Under the pieces are notes generated by a model. That model saw nothing but the letters and a program-made list of their open reading frames with translations, was not told the origin of the DNA and did not search any database. Below are positions 36,448-48,273 of a DNA stretch of 64,000 bases, piece after piece. The DNA is taken from the NCBI RefSeq assembly GCF_006345805.1, contig NC_043008.1, positions 17,980,001 to 18,044,000 on the forward strand. Reading direction: 5' to 3'. The position numbers were made by a program, and so were the translations under genes. Numbering within the stretch: position 1 is the first letter of the stretch; each line of letters starts with the position of its first letter. Source of the stretch: Octopus sinensis (Eukaryota).

Positions 36448-36657
36448 TTTAATGAACTTTAGAAATCTGTTTAATTATCTACATTACTTCATGAGTATAG
36501 CCTCAAACACTAGGATGTCTAGAGAACTTACATGTATTTTAGCTGATGAGTACGGGACTCGTTTATATGCTGTAATCTTTGCAACTTTTAATAAAGCCTG
36601 TCCTTGTATGAAACGATCGTACTAAAAACCTATCCATTCTTGTTGCTTCTTTCTCGC
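36448..36657 (+). repeat. Pseudo-LTR segment (right arm) of the PLE
   Basis: Partner of 32641-32850; contains the HHR. Confidence 0.93.
36537..36627 (+). ncRNA. Type I hammerhead ribozyme in PLE pseudo-LTR
   Basis: Helix I TTTTAG/CTAAAA; core CTGATGA (36543-49); long helix II (GTAC-G-GGAC / GTCC-TT-GTAT); GAAA (36610-13); palindromic helix III ACGATCGT; GUA cleavage after 36621. Confidence 0.85.
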
Positions 36658-36799
36658 TTATAATCACCCCACATTACTGTATTGTTAAATCAGTATAGTT
36701 GTTTTTGGTGCATCTAAGTTAGGTACCATATTCAAGTAAATTCTTTTAAATTAACTTGAATCTTTATTGCTCTTTGAATATATATATATATATATATTC

Positions 36800-36995
36800 A
36801 TACGACGGGCTTCTTTAAGTTTTCGTCTTTGAACCGCCCGAGGCTATGGTCGAAGACACTTGCCCAAGGTGCCACGCAGTGGGACTGAACACGGAACCAT
36901 GTGATTGGTACCCCGGGCTTATTGTAGAAAACTCTTGCTTGGGGTGCCACGTAGAAGGACTGAACCCGCAACCATTTGGTTGCAAAACGAATTTC
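36800..36995 (-). mobile_element. SINE family B head (resumes after PLE) plus a second partial head
   Basis: atacgacgggcttc...cacttgcccaaggtgccacgcagtgggactgaac. Confidence 0.75.
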
Positions 36996-37784
36996 TTAAA
37001 CACATAGCTTTACATGCGCTTGCAGAGCTATGCCTTGTATGTATGAGAAACCTATTTTTTCAGAGTGAATTACTCGTAGAATGGAAGTGTACCCCCTCAA
37101 AATTGTGTTGTCTTCGATAATATATCTCCTGATGTTGTGTCCCTTTACAGGGGCTAGTTTTAGCATGGATTTTGACTAAATAATTTGCTTTCCTGTTGTT
37201 GCATTAATTATCTCTTATATAAAATCTGTTCTATCTGTCTGTCTGTCTCTGTGTGTGTCTTCTCTGATCTCAGCAACTAGGAAGATGTAATTTTATACTA
37301 CTGACGCTATACATTTCACGTTTGACAACATTAATGACTGGTCTTTGTGTTATCTTCATAAATTATGGATAATTCTATATTTAGTTTTATGCATATTTAT
37401 GTTTAACGAGCAAAACGGTGCTGAGTTATCAAACATTTAAACCAAATTTTCTCAAAGCAACTTGTCCAACCGTCCCATAGGCCTCCCCTTTGAGAAACAC
37501 TGATTTAACCTAAATTTGAGACACCAGCAAAAGAAGAAATAAAGATAGACTTTTTCTTCTATTCCAAAGAAAAACGATTTTATTCACACAAATATGCAAC
37601 CAAAGAGTTTAAAGTACCAGTAATGATAAAGATGTTGACTGCGAGAACACAAACATGGTTTAAACAGTAAGCTTGGCAGGAAAGAAACGTGGCTTTAGGC
37701 AGTACAAAAACAACAAAAAACTGGAAGGTATACAGGTTGACGGAAGAAAAGCAGGATAAAAACAGCTTTATCGATCGCATTCTC

Positions 37785-37938
37785 ACCTGGAATCGATTTT
37801 TGTAATTTTGTCAAGATTTATACACCCCCTGATACCGTCAGTATCTACATATCAAATTCGAGCGCAATCGGATGGAGGATGCCCGAGATCCTAGAAGTCA
37901 CACACAGGCAGACATAATGGATTTTATATAATAGATAT
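37785..37938 (+). mobile_element. 3' fragment of a Helitron-like repeat
   Basis: caaattcgagcgcaatcgg...attttatataatagat resembles the 3' ends of the two copies above. Confidence 0.3.
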
Positions 37939-37993
37939 ACGATGGACTTACTTTAGATTTAGAATTTATGATTATCTAGGAACCTACTCTTCG

Positions 37994-38380
37994 TCAGTCA
38001 CAATGATTATATCGTATGTAGCATTTAAGTACCGCCAACGATTTGCAAACAAGACCACAAATGCTGCAAGTATGAGGAGTACAGATCAGTGCAGATGGTA
38101 TATTTGCAGTAGCTTTTCTCCTTTGCTTTGCACCTCTAAGCTCCTTACTGCTGGTTGCCACTATCTTTCTCATATCATTTTGACACAACGTACTCCGTTT
38201 TATTCGCTCCAAGGCTGTTTGCTCAAAGGTATTCCGAGCTATCTTTACGGCTGAGGAGCTATTTTCCAGCTTGTCCTTATATCTGATCCAGGGTCGACCA
38301 ACATTCTTGTGCCCACTATCAAGCTGGCATGAGGACTTTGGGTATTATTTCGTCATTCATTCTGACAACATTGTCAGCCT
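37994..38380 (-). pseudogene. RTE-clade LINE 3' end
   Basis: Minus strand: RMNDEIIPK...VGRPWIRYKDKL...TCSICGLVCKSLAVLKCYIRYNH (terminal C2H2-like finger), with a frameshift. Confidence 0.75.
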
Positions 38381-38619
38381 AGCGCAATTGTGACGTACTC
38401 GATTCCACCAAGCTTACGTGCGTGCGTACGTACATACATACATACATGGTGGCTGCCCCCCTCCTTATCGAGTATGGCCATTGCACGAAGCTTAATCAAT
38501 GTTGTTATCGTGCAATGCCTGTGCAAGATTTTTTTTAAAGTGAGGAAAGGCTGTGCACTGAGTCAATCCCACTCACTAAACAACAGCAGCCATAATCCGA
38601 AAAGAAGAACAAGTCAACA

Positions 38620-38910
38620 TCATCGGTAACCACTGAGCCGCAGGTTTTATGTCGGAGGTATCCCAGTTACCTGAATTACCTTCTCCTAGAAGGATGCCCT
38701 AACAAAGGCTAGGAGTCCTTCACTCCCAATGGCTTAACCGCGCGATCGGGTATTCAGTCCGATTATTTCTATGTCCCCGCGCTGATACAACTTTAAGACA
38801 TTTATTGGATGGCCGTTGACTCTTAAGAGTTCCTCCGCCTTTTAACGGGTTTTGTTTTTCATCTCCTCACCAAGCAAGCTTGTTGGGGTTGCCGGTTTAG
38901 TCGCCGAGAG
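38620..38910 (+). mobile_element. Possible RTE-type 5' UTR fragment
   Basis: GC-richer segment with tctcctagaagg...aaggctaggagtcc and ggtttagtcgcc; recalled resemblance only. Confidence 0.25.
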
Positions 38911-39089
38911 GTTGCAGGAGGAAAGGAATATTATAGAAAAAAAAAGTGGAAATTAAACCCGTGAATGTGTTAATTAATATGGCATTAAAGCAGAATGACA
39001 CGCCCCAGAAACGACAAAATATGCTTCAACACAGGAATTTACATAAAGAATCTTGCAAACCAAGTACATTTACTTGTTTCAGTCATTTC

Positions 39090-39440
39090 ATACTGGAGCA
39101 CTGCCTGTATTCGAACTAATCTACTCGTGGACATATTCTTTGTAGGCCTAGTATTTATTCTATTTACCTATTTCGTCGAACCACTAAGTTACGAGGACGT
39201 AAACACTCCAACATCGGTTGTCAAGCGATGTGGTGGTGAGGGGACAAGCACAGGCACACACAAATATATAGATATAAATATATACATACGACGGGCTTCT
39301 TTAAGTTTCTGCCTGCCAAATCAACTCATAATGCTTTTGTCGGCCCGTGGTTATAGTAGAAGACACTTGCCCAAGTTGCCACACAGTGGAACTGAACCCG
39401 GAACCATGTCGTTGGGAAACAAGCTTCTTACCACACTAGC
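39090..39440 (-). mobile_element. SINE family B
   Basis: Both halves present. Confidence 0.82.
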
Positions 39441-40469
39441 TTCTGACTAAATGGACTTTCGATCAAATACATAAAACCTAATGATGAACCGGCCCTTTTT
39501 TGTTAGGCAGTGTATGCATCCCACTACGTTATGTAATACGACGCTTCAACGCTGATGTATCTTGACAAAGTCATTGCTCTTAAATCTAGTATACTAAATC
39601 AAAAACGTATAGACGGCCTCTTTGATTAGTCAATCTGCTGATGTTTCTAGTCCTTGTACGTACGTTGCCTAAATAATTGTGCTGTGTAACTGAAACCACT
39701 CCTACAAGACGATTAACCGAGATAAACAAATGTTTATATCCTGAAGCCAATTCGCTAAGATTCCCCGCTGGTAAATAACTCATTAGCAAATGATCAGCTA
39801 CTTTCCTGTTAGTCTATAGAAATCATTACTTGTCAAATGATTCTTTAAAAGTCAGCGACTGTTCATTGACATATGTGAGCGAGTGAATGTATATATTTAT
39901 TTTTATGTATGTATGTATGTTTCAGGTGATTCAGGCAGCTGGTCCACTCTACTCATTTCGTGAACCGCTCTTTGAGGAGTTTCGAAGTAGAGCAGAAGTG
40001 CTTATTCACTGAAATACAGAACGTAAACTAGATCACTGCCGAACAGCTTGAGCCATACAAACTCACACATATATTGCCACGAGTTCATCTCTTTGTTTAT
40101 ACAAATATAAATATATTGAAATATAAATATTCCGCATTTTAGTGTAATTTTCATGGAACTGAAAGCGAAGTTATTAATAGCGGATGAGTAAACAATAAAT
40201 TTCACATTACAATTTTCTTTTCTTTTTCCATTTCTTTAATGATGTTGTAAGTGGGAGCATTAAACACTTTAAAACAACATGATGCTACTGCATCGAGGAG
40301 TGGTCTGCATGTAATTTGTTTGTTATTATTTTTCAAAGTGTAATGCCATCTGCTCAGAATTAAAGTGTGTCTATCGAAGAACAAAAGCCAAACCACAAGG
40401 GAACCACTAAATCCCAAGGAACAATATCTCAAAACACAAAGAACAACATGATACTCTACTCTCTACTCT

Positions 40470-40680
40470 TTACTCTTTTACTTGTTTCAGTCATGTGACT
40501 GTGGCCATGCTGGAGCAACGCCATTAGTCGAACAAATCGACCCCCAGGACTTATTCTTTGTAAGCCTAGTATTTATTCTATCGGTCCCTTTTGCCGAACC
40601 GCTAATTTACGGGGACGTAAACACACCAGCATCGGTTGTCAAGCGATGTTAGGAGGACAAACACAGACACAAACATATAT

Positions 40681-40713
<33 letters not shown>

Positions 40714-40890
40714 AATACGCATATATACGAGGGACTTCTTTCAGTTTCCGTCTACCAAATCCACTCACAAGGCTTTGGTTGGCCCGAGGCTATAGTAGAC
40801 ACTTACCCAAGGTACCACGCAGTGGGACTGAACCTGGAACCATGTGGTTCGTAAGCAAGTTACTTACCACACAGCCATTCCTACGCCTAT
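40470..40890 (-). mobile_element. SINE family B, full length
   Basis: Both halves plus microsatellite. Confidence 0.88.
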
Positions 40891-41939
40891 ACTAACTCCT
40901 AGAATAGTAACTTTTCGAACATCTCTTTGAATAAATTTTATTTGTCGAGGTTTTGTCTCTGGATTACAAAGAAGAGTTACAACGTGTTTCACAGTTTATA
41001 TCTGATGAATACTATTCATTAACCATGCTCGTGCGTGTCTCTCGCCGCCCTCCAGAACAATGCCTTTTACATTTTGTTCCCCTAGACTAGTGCCCCGCAA
41101 CCTCTTTTCACTTGCGGCACACTTATATTCTTTTCAAAATTCAGCGGCACAACTGAATTAAAAATATAACTAGAAGTATAAAGAAACAAATTAGGATCTT
41201 TACCTTTTACTCTGCGACATGGCAGTAAACATTGACATTTTTTTTACACAGCCTCAACCCGATATATTTTAAGTTTGTGTATAACCGAATCATTCAGCGC
41301 CCTGTAACAGAACTGGTATATCGCATACTTTGAACTTATAATAGTGAGACATTTATCTAAGCCCTGGACTGTTCTAGTTATTGCTTGGTATATCGTAGTC
41401 TTGAATATTAATATCCCATTAGTGTTGCAGAGTGTTTAATGTTTAAAGATATTACCGAAGGTCTGTATCATGTGTTTAAACCATTACTCAATGGTAGTGA
41501 ATTGAAAAGAAATATAATTTAATGATAGCAAAAGGAAAAAAAATAATGATGACAACAACAAAAATATTTACCAAAAGCGTATGTTGTATGAATATACGCC
41601 TATAGTAATATTTTATAGTATTGAACATCTAATAAAAAAAGATGGGAATATGGAAAAAAAATTGATTAGTATTTGAGTCAATGAATGTATATTTACCAAT
41701 ACGCACTTCGATATTGTCAAGAGATTTGATGCATTCAGTTAGTGGATACACAGCTAAAATCGTTTTATTGAAACCTTCAGAACGCAGTCAAAAATATTTT
41801 ATTCGTCTATCATTATATTCACGAAACATAAAAAATATTATGCTGATTTATTGAAACAGTATCTGTTAAGTTACATGGCGATGGATATGTTTTTATAAAT
41901 TTTTTTTATCATATTGAACATTAATACGTATGATATTTA

Positions 41940-41982
41940 AGTATGTACATGTATGTATGTATGTATGTATGTATGTATGTAT

Positions 41983-42051
<69 letters not shown>

Positions 42052-42116
42052 GCAGATAGATAGATAAATAGATAGATAGATAGGCAGATAGATAGATAAA
42101 TAGATAGATAGATAGG

Positions 42117-42192
<76 letters not shown>

Positions 42193-42235
42193 CAGACATA
42201 TGTATGTGTATGCGTGTGTGTGTGTGTGTGTATTT
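41940..42235. repeat. (TATG)n(GATA)n microsatellite
   Basis: Direct reading. Confidence 0.97.
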
Positions 42236-42395
42236 TAGTTCATAAGATTTCAGAAACTTCTAGTCACGTGGAATAATTCGCTTTTAACTGTGTAGCTCGA
42301 AGTAGTTATGGCTACAAATACAAGCATCTGACTAATAAAAACGATATTGTGTTAAAAATCCATTGAATAGAAAATGTCAAAGATCGAAATAGCGA

Positions 42396-42500
42396 AGGTA
42401 CGTAATCTAGTTGGTAGCATTTATATCTCGTGATCTGAAGATCGTGAGTTCAATTGTTGGAACGATGGCGTGATATGTCCTTGAGCAAGACACTTCATTC
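42396..42500 (+). mobile_element. Degraded SINE C head
   Basis: gtgagttcaatt and tgtccttgagcaagacactt. Confidence 0.6.
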
Positions 42501-42680
42501 CATGTCAGACCAATCTACCAAGCTACAAATGAGTATTATCCAAGTACTCATTGTAATGTGCTCGAGAGTCAAGTTTTGAGAGGTCGGAAAGAATTCACGA
42601 AAGGAAGCTGGATATAAATGAGTCACACTCGATCGCGAGTGACGGCTGATTGCACGAAATATATAACAAATATGTTTATA

Positions 42681-43085
42681 TAGGCGCAGGAGTAGCTGTG
42701 TGGTAAGTAGCTTGCTAACCAACCACATGGTTCCGGGTTCAGTCCCACTGCGTGGCATCTTGGGCAAGTGACTTCTGCTATAGCCCCAGGCCGACCAATG
42801 CCTTGTGAGTGGATTTGGTAGACGGAAGCTGAAAGAAGCCTGTCGTATATACATATATATATATATGTGTGTATGTGTGTGTGTTTGTCCCCCTAGCATT
42901 GCTTAACAACCGATGCTGGTGTGTTTACGTCCCCGTCACTTAGTGGTTCGGCAAAAGAGACCGATAGAATAAGTACTGGGCTTACAAAGAATAAGTCCCG
43001 GGGTCGATTTGCTCGACTAAAGGCGGTGCTCCAGCATGACCGCAGTCAAATGACTGAAACAAGTAAAAGAGTAAAGAGTAAAGAA
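42681..43085 (+). mobile_element. SINE family B, full length
   Basis: Both halves; (GAGTAAA) tail. Confidence 0.9.
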
Positions 43086-43269
43086 TATAATCTTTAAGAA
43101 ACTAACTTTATATGACTTGTAAGAAAAAAATATGTTTTAAAGCAATGAGGTACTTCTGGTTATTATTGGTATCACAAGGCGCGTCTTACCTGTTTTTATT
43201 GCCTCATAGTTCTTAATTTGCCGTAAGCTGTTTTCTTTCTCTGTAAAACAGAGAAGGTATTCTCGGTCA

Positions 43270-43418
43270 TGCTGGTAATAGACTGGTGAACCGGTGCTTA
43301 GTTTTTCGACCCGAAAGAATGAAAGGAAACGTCGATCCTGCGACATTGGAACTTGGCATAGTGTTAAGGGCGCGGGCTACTAACCCCAAGATTCCAAGTT
43401 CGATTCCAAGCAGTGACC

Positions 43419-43458
<40 letters not shown>

Positions 43459-43712
43459 CAACAACATCGAAAAATACCTTAGGAATGAGAACCCAGGTTC
43501 GAAATTTCCCCAAGACACCTGATGAAAACTGGAGGGTATATCAGCTGAAACATTGTGTTAACAACAAAGATGAGGACAAATGTCCGTCACATGCAAATAA
43601 TGTAAATAATACACATAATTCCTCATCTCTTAAATGTCAGAACGTATAGAGTGACGATATACTGCTAAGCATTTTGCCCGACGCGGTAACGATTCTTCCA
43701 GCACGCCACCTT
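43270..43712 (-). mobile_element. Old SINE family A interrupted by SINE D
   Basis: Body at ~43270-43354 and head at 43647-43712 flank the SINE D copy. Confidence 0.65.
43355..43646 (+). mobile_element. SINE family D, third copy, nested in a family A SINE
   Basis: Colinear with 22097-22386; HHR-like motif at 43514-43559, mutated. Confidence 0.85.
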
Positions 43713-43759
43713 AAATACTATTATTATCATTATTATTATTGTTATTATTATTATTATTA

Positions 43760-43990
43760 TTATTTCTTAATTTCCCACAAGGGGCTAAACACAGAGGGGA
43801 CAAACAAGCACAGACAAACTGGTTAAGTTGATTAGATCGACCCAGTGCGTAACTGGTACTTAATTTATCGACCCCGAAAGGAATAAAGGCAAAGTCGACC
43901 TCGGCGGAATTTGAAGTCAGAACGTAACGACAGACAAATACGGCTACGCATTTCGTCCAGCGTGCTAACGTTTCTGCCAGCTCACGGCCT
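43760..43990 (-). mobile_element. SINE family A
   Basis: Near-full reverse copy flanked by (AAT)n. Confidence 0.85.
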
Positions 43991-44002
43991 GATGATAATA
44001 GC

Positions 44003-44039
<37 letters not shown>

Positions 44040-45279
44040 GCAAATAAACAAGCAACGTTATGATTAAGTGAACTTGTATAATAGCATTCTATATTAACTA
44101 TTAATTTTTTCCTCGATCAGGCAACTATTCAATGGTTGCTAAACATTACCGTTTTATTGGTATCAACTAGCATTAGTTGTTTCCAAACTTCTATATTTAT
44201 GTTTTAATAAATGTTTTTGAATGGAAGTGTGTTGCTATTATATAGTCTATATGAGTATATAATCAACTATGTTTTGTGCTGTTATTCTCCCATATTTTTT
44301 CTTTCTTTGATTTCATTATTTTTTTAATTCTATGATTCAAGAATATATTCTGCAAATTTACAATAAACAGACGATATAAAAATGTTTAATTGATAATTTT
44401 GTTTTAGTATTTCTTTTGCAAGATTCTTGATGTGAAATCGTGTGTTGAATTGGATTTTCTCTTTTTGTAGTTTTAGCGGGTCAATATATAAAAAAAAACA
44501 TGCGCGGGTTATATTTCACTTGTTTTATTATTGTTATTAATCACTCAGTTTGCTAGTCAATGAAATAACTAATCAATTGTTTGGTTAATTCTTTGGCCAA
44601 TCACTCAATCAGCTCGGTATGTTCTCTCTTAATACTGATCTCTTCTGTATGTCCTCAAGGCTCTGCATTTTATATCAACATTAATGGAGGGCTGAGTGAG
44701 AATGACTGGGAAAGAATTCTGTGTGTGTGCGCAAGCGCAGTGCGGGATAATGAAATATCAAAAAGTGGCACCCTTTTCATAAGTGCATATGTTTATGCTA
44801 ACATGTTTTAAAGCAGCGTATAATATCTGAAGAATCTATAACTGTTTAAGAAGCAATGTTGAAGCACCATCATTTTCCCCACATCACATTTCGCCTTTCG
44901 TTTCTTATATGACATTTTTGCATAGACAGTAGAACCACTGTACATTCACTGTTGCGGGCAACATGTAAACTCCGACATGACAATAATCGAAGATTCTTTT
45001 CCATTCTTAATATTTTACTGTCCTTACGTCACTAGTTATTGATTTTGATTATCAAGAATGTTAGAATATAAGGAATATGGTAAAAATAATCATATTTCAA
45101 TATTTACTGTTATCAATACGTGCTAGAAGAACTATATATGTGACTCACTCTTCACAGCTAATAATCCAACACACACTTTGATACTTTCGAATGACGCTGA
45201 ATCTTCACTTCCCAGTCATTCATATCAACTAGCAATCAAGTCTAAAGATTATGAAAGATTGTTATGATATACAAGTTGC

Positions 45280-45680
45280 TGTGTCGGATGTAGCTTGCTT
45301 ACAAACAACATGGTTCCGGGTTCAGTTCCACTGCGTGGCCCCTTGGGCAAGTGTTTTCTACTACAGCCTCGGGCCGACCAAAGCCTTGTGAGTGGATGTG
45401 GTAGACGGAAACTGAAAGAATCCCTTCGTATATATGTATATATATGTGTGTATGTGTGTGTATATGTTTGTGTGTCTGTGTTTGTTACCCCAACATAGCT
45501 GGACAACTGATTGTGGTGCGTTTGCGTCCCCATAACTTAGCGGTTCGGCAAAATACACCGATAGAATAAGTTCTAGACTTACAAAGAATAAGTCCTGGGG
45601 TCGATTTGCTCGACTAAAGGTGGTGCTCTAGCATGGCCGCAGTCAAATGACTGAAACAAGTAAAAGAGTAAAAGAGTAAG
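45280..45680 (+). mobile_element. SINE family B
   Basis: Both halves. Confidence 0.87.
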
Positions 45681-46805
45681 CAGTTTACTCTTCTGAATTA
45701 AGTCATTTATTTGCTTTAGAAAAGATACTTTGTGGGTCAAATTCTAGGAAGATGACTATCTTCATTTTAAGAACCTTTTAATAGCTCAGAGTACGAGGGA
45801 ACTCGTACAACAACATTCGGAAATAATAAACAATCAAATACGATGAAATGTAGTTTAGTATCGTGTCAACATGTATAGTTAAGGCTTGGGTTTGTATTTT
45901 AGTAAAATACAGTAGAGCAGGACCAACTATTTGTATTTTTTTTAGTTCAACCTCATTTAGTTTTTCAAACATGCGGTGTCGGTGAGATGGTGTTTCCTCA
46001 TAATCAATTGGAGAGGGTTAAACTAACTGTACTGCTCATCTATGCTTATTGATCTTGACCATTATCAAAGCTCAAGCAGGGACAAAAGATCAAACACCAG
46101 TTAAATTAAAAATTTATATAATTCCTAGAAATTTTAGCTTCTCAAAAATAACACGAAATATAATCTCCCTGAAAACTGCGAAAAAAACTAGAAATTTAAA
46201 TCGAATGAAGGTGGCGAATGATATCAATTTTCACATGTGAGAAAAGTAGAAAATTAAGTATTCTGAAAGATGAAGAATCTCTCAAATGATCTATTTCTAC
46301 TTGTTATTTTGTGTGAAAGTTATCAGATTTTGAAAATGTTTACACTTTATATTTTTCTCGAAATTGGGCACAACGTGGTGAAACAAGGCTAACGTGGAAA
46401 AACATTAATTTTCCCGTATGAGAGAAACTGAAAATTTTAAATTCCAGATGGTAGAGACACTCTTAAACTAAGGAATATGTTATACCTTTACTCTTAACAT
46501 AAATTCTCATTACAATTTATACAGAGAGTATAAACAAAAATGAAGTTTTCTAACAACATTTTTCATCACTTAGATTGTAACGATCGTATTGCTTCTATGA
46601 TATTTTTATTCTAATGAATGTTATAGATCTGCATTCATATTATTCACATATTTTAGATTAACGATCGTGTTTAGAGAAATGACAAGTAACACCAACAAAA
46701 AAACAGGAATGAGTGTAAAATCTGAGTGCAAAATAATAGAAGAATTTAATGTTAAATATTTAAAACATTTTACAAAAAAAGGTACGGCCAATGTGAGTGC
46801 AATAT

Positions 46806-46850
<45 letters not shown>

Positions 46851-46917
46851 ATATATAATATATATATATATATATTGTTGCAGTTGTTCGCTTGAAGCAT
46901 TGCGTATTGTTTGTAAC

Positions 46918-47263
46918 GAATAAAAAGTTTTGAATGGTACAACAATGTACTATAATACAGACAATGGGCTATATACCTGTTGTAATTTAGTCATCCATAG
47001 TCTAATATTTCGGAATAATATTCCTTCTTCGGATATTCTTAGATGGAGTCGCTGCTATAATCGGTTTTCTAACGGCTTTTCTTTAAAAAAAATATAAAAG
47101 AAAAGCCATTGGAAAACCGATTATAGTAGCGACTCCATCTAAGAATATCTGAAGAAGGAATATTATTCCGAAATATCAGACTATGGATGACTAAATTACA
47201 ACAGGTATATAGTCCATTGTTTCTATTATAATGCATTGTTGTACCATCCAAAACTTTTTATTC
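46918..47263. repeat. Long near-perfect palindrome (~167-bp arms)
   Basis: 46918-47084 vs ~47097-47263, with about 10 mismatches and an A-rich loop; (TA)n nearby on both sides. Confidence 0.92.
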
Positions 47264-47315
47264 TTTATATATATATATATGCATACATATATGCGTACAG
47301 GACGTCACCAACGGT

Positions 47316-47504
47316 GCAAATAACATGAAATACTTAAACAACGAGAAAAAATGGAAAACAGGCCAAGTAAACACAGAGAAAGGACTCCTCACCAGCAGTC
47401 TGCTGTCTATCTACTCCTCATTTTGAGCAAGCCGACAGCTGATGAAGGGTCCTTTCTCTGTTTACATATTTAACTCGTTTATATACGTATTTCATGTTAT
47501 TTGC
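47316..47504. repeat. Imperfect fold-back repeat
   Basis: gcaaataacatgaaatac/gtatttcatgttatttgc and gtaaac..agagaaaggac/gtcctttctctgtttac. Confidence 0.7.
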
Positions 47505-47769
47505 TCCGTATAAATACATATAAGTAAGAAGCAATCCAGTATATGCCTCATGCTTATACACTATAATTCTTCAAATCCACCGCGCAAGCGCAATTTTTTG
47601 CTGATAGCAAAAATATTACCGGCGTTATTTCGAAAATTTTCCAGAAAATAATAATCAATAATTAATAATACCAGGGTAATAAAGATTTTAGAACTTTTTA
47701 CTACCAGTGGCCTAGCGTGTAGAAAAATTAGTCAATAGACTATATATTATTCATATAAATACAGTGTAC

Positions 47770-48010
47770 ATGCTTGGCTCATAAGAGCCGGTTTCCCGGT
47801 TTTGTTGGCGTATAGGTTCCCCACTTGGACAGGACGCCGGTCCGTCTCAGGTGAGTTGCTAGATGCAGAAGAGAGTAAAGAAAGTTGTGGCGAAAGAGTC
47901 AGCAGAAGTTGGCCATTACCCTCTGCCGGGGCTGCGTAGAGCTTAAGTGTTTCGTTCATAAACACACACACATTGCCTAGTCTGAGATTCGAACCCGCGA
48001 TCCATCGACC
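47770..48010 (-). mobile_element. SINE with C-like head and a different tail
   Basis: Head and middle resemble 59255; the tail ggctcata.g.gccg.tttcccggttt also occurs at 27845-27895. Confidence 0.65.
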
Positions 48011-48273
48011 TCCACATAATTTCTTTATAAATGCCTTTTCTTTGAGCATAATTGCATTTCATCGTATAGCTCTAATTTATGTTTTCTGCTATTCATGTTC
48101 GAGCATCCTTTATGTTGCGTTTCTTGTCAGCATTCTTCTCACATCCATACCATATGTATACTTACTAACATGAAGTATAGGAATATAATATACAGTGATA
48201 TCATAACCAGTGTAAAACATACCAGAGCAAAGCATGCTATCTTAAAGATAGCGTATTTACACTTGTGTGTATA

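Larger units (their letters stand above)
32641..36778 (+). mobile_element. Penelope-like retroelement, 5'-truncated, with inverted pseudo-LTR at the 5' end
   Basis: PLE ORF plus ~1.4-kb 3' region. 32641-32850 is the reverse complement of 36448-36657 with 2 substitutions. (TA)n on both sides, and the host SINE resumes at ~36800. Confidence 0.88.

Noticed and set aside
41085-41150. Degenerate hAT-like 5' end
   Set aside because: No partner TIR or TSD found.
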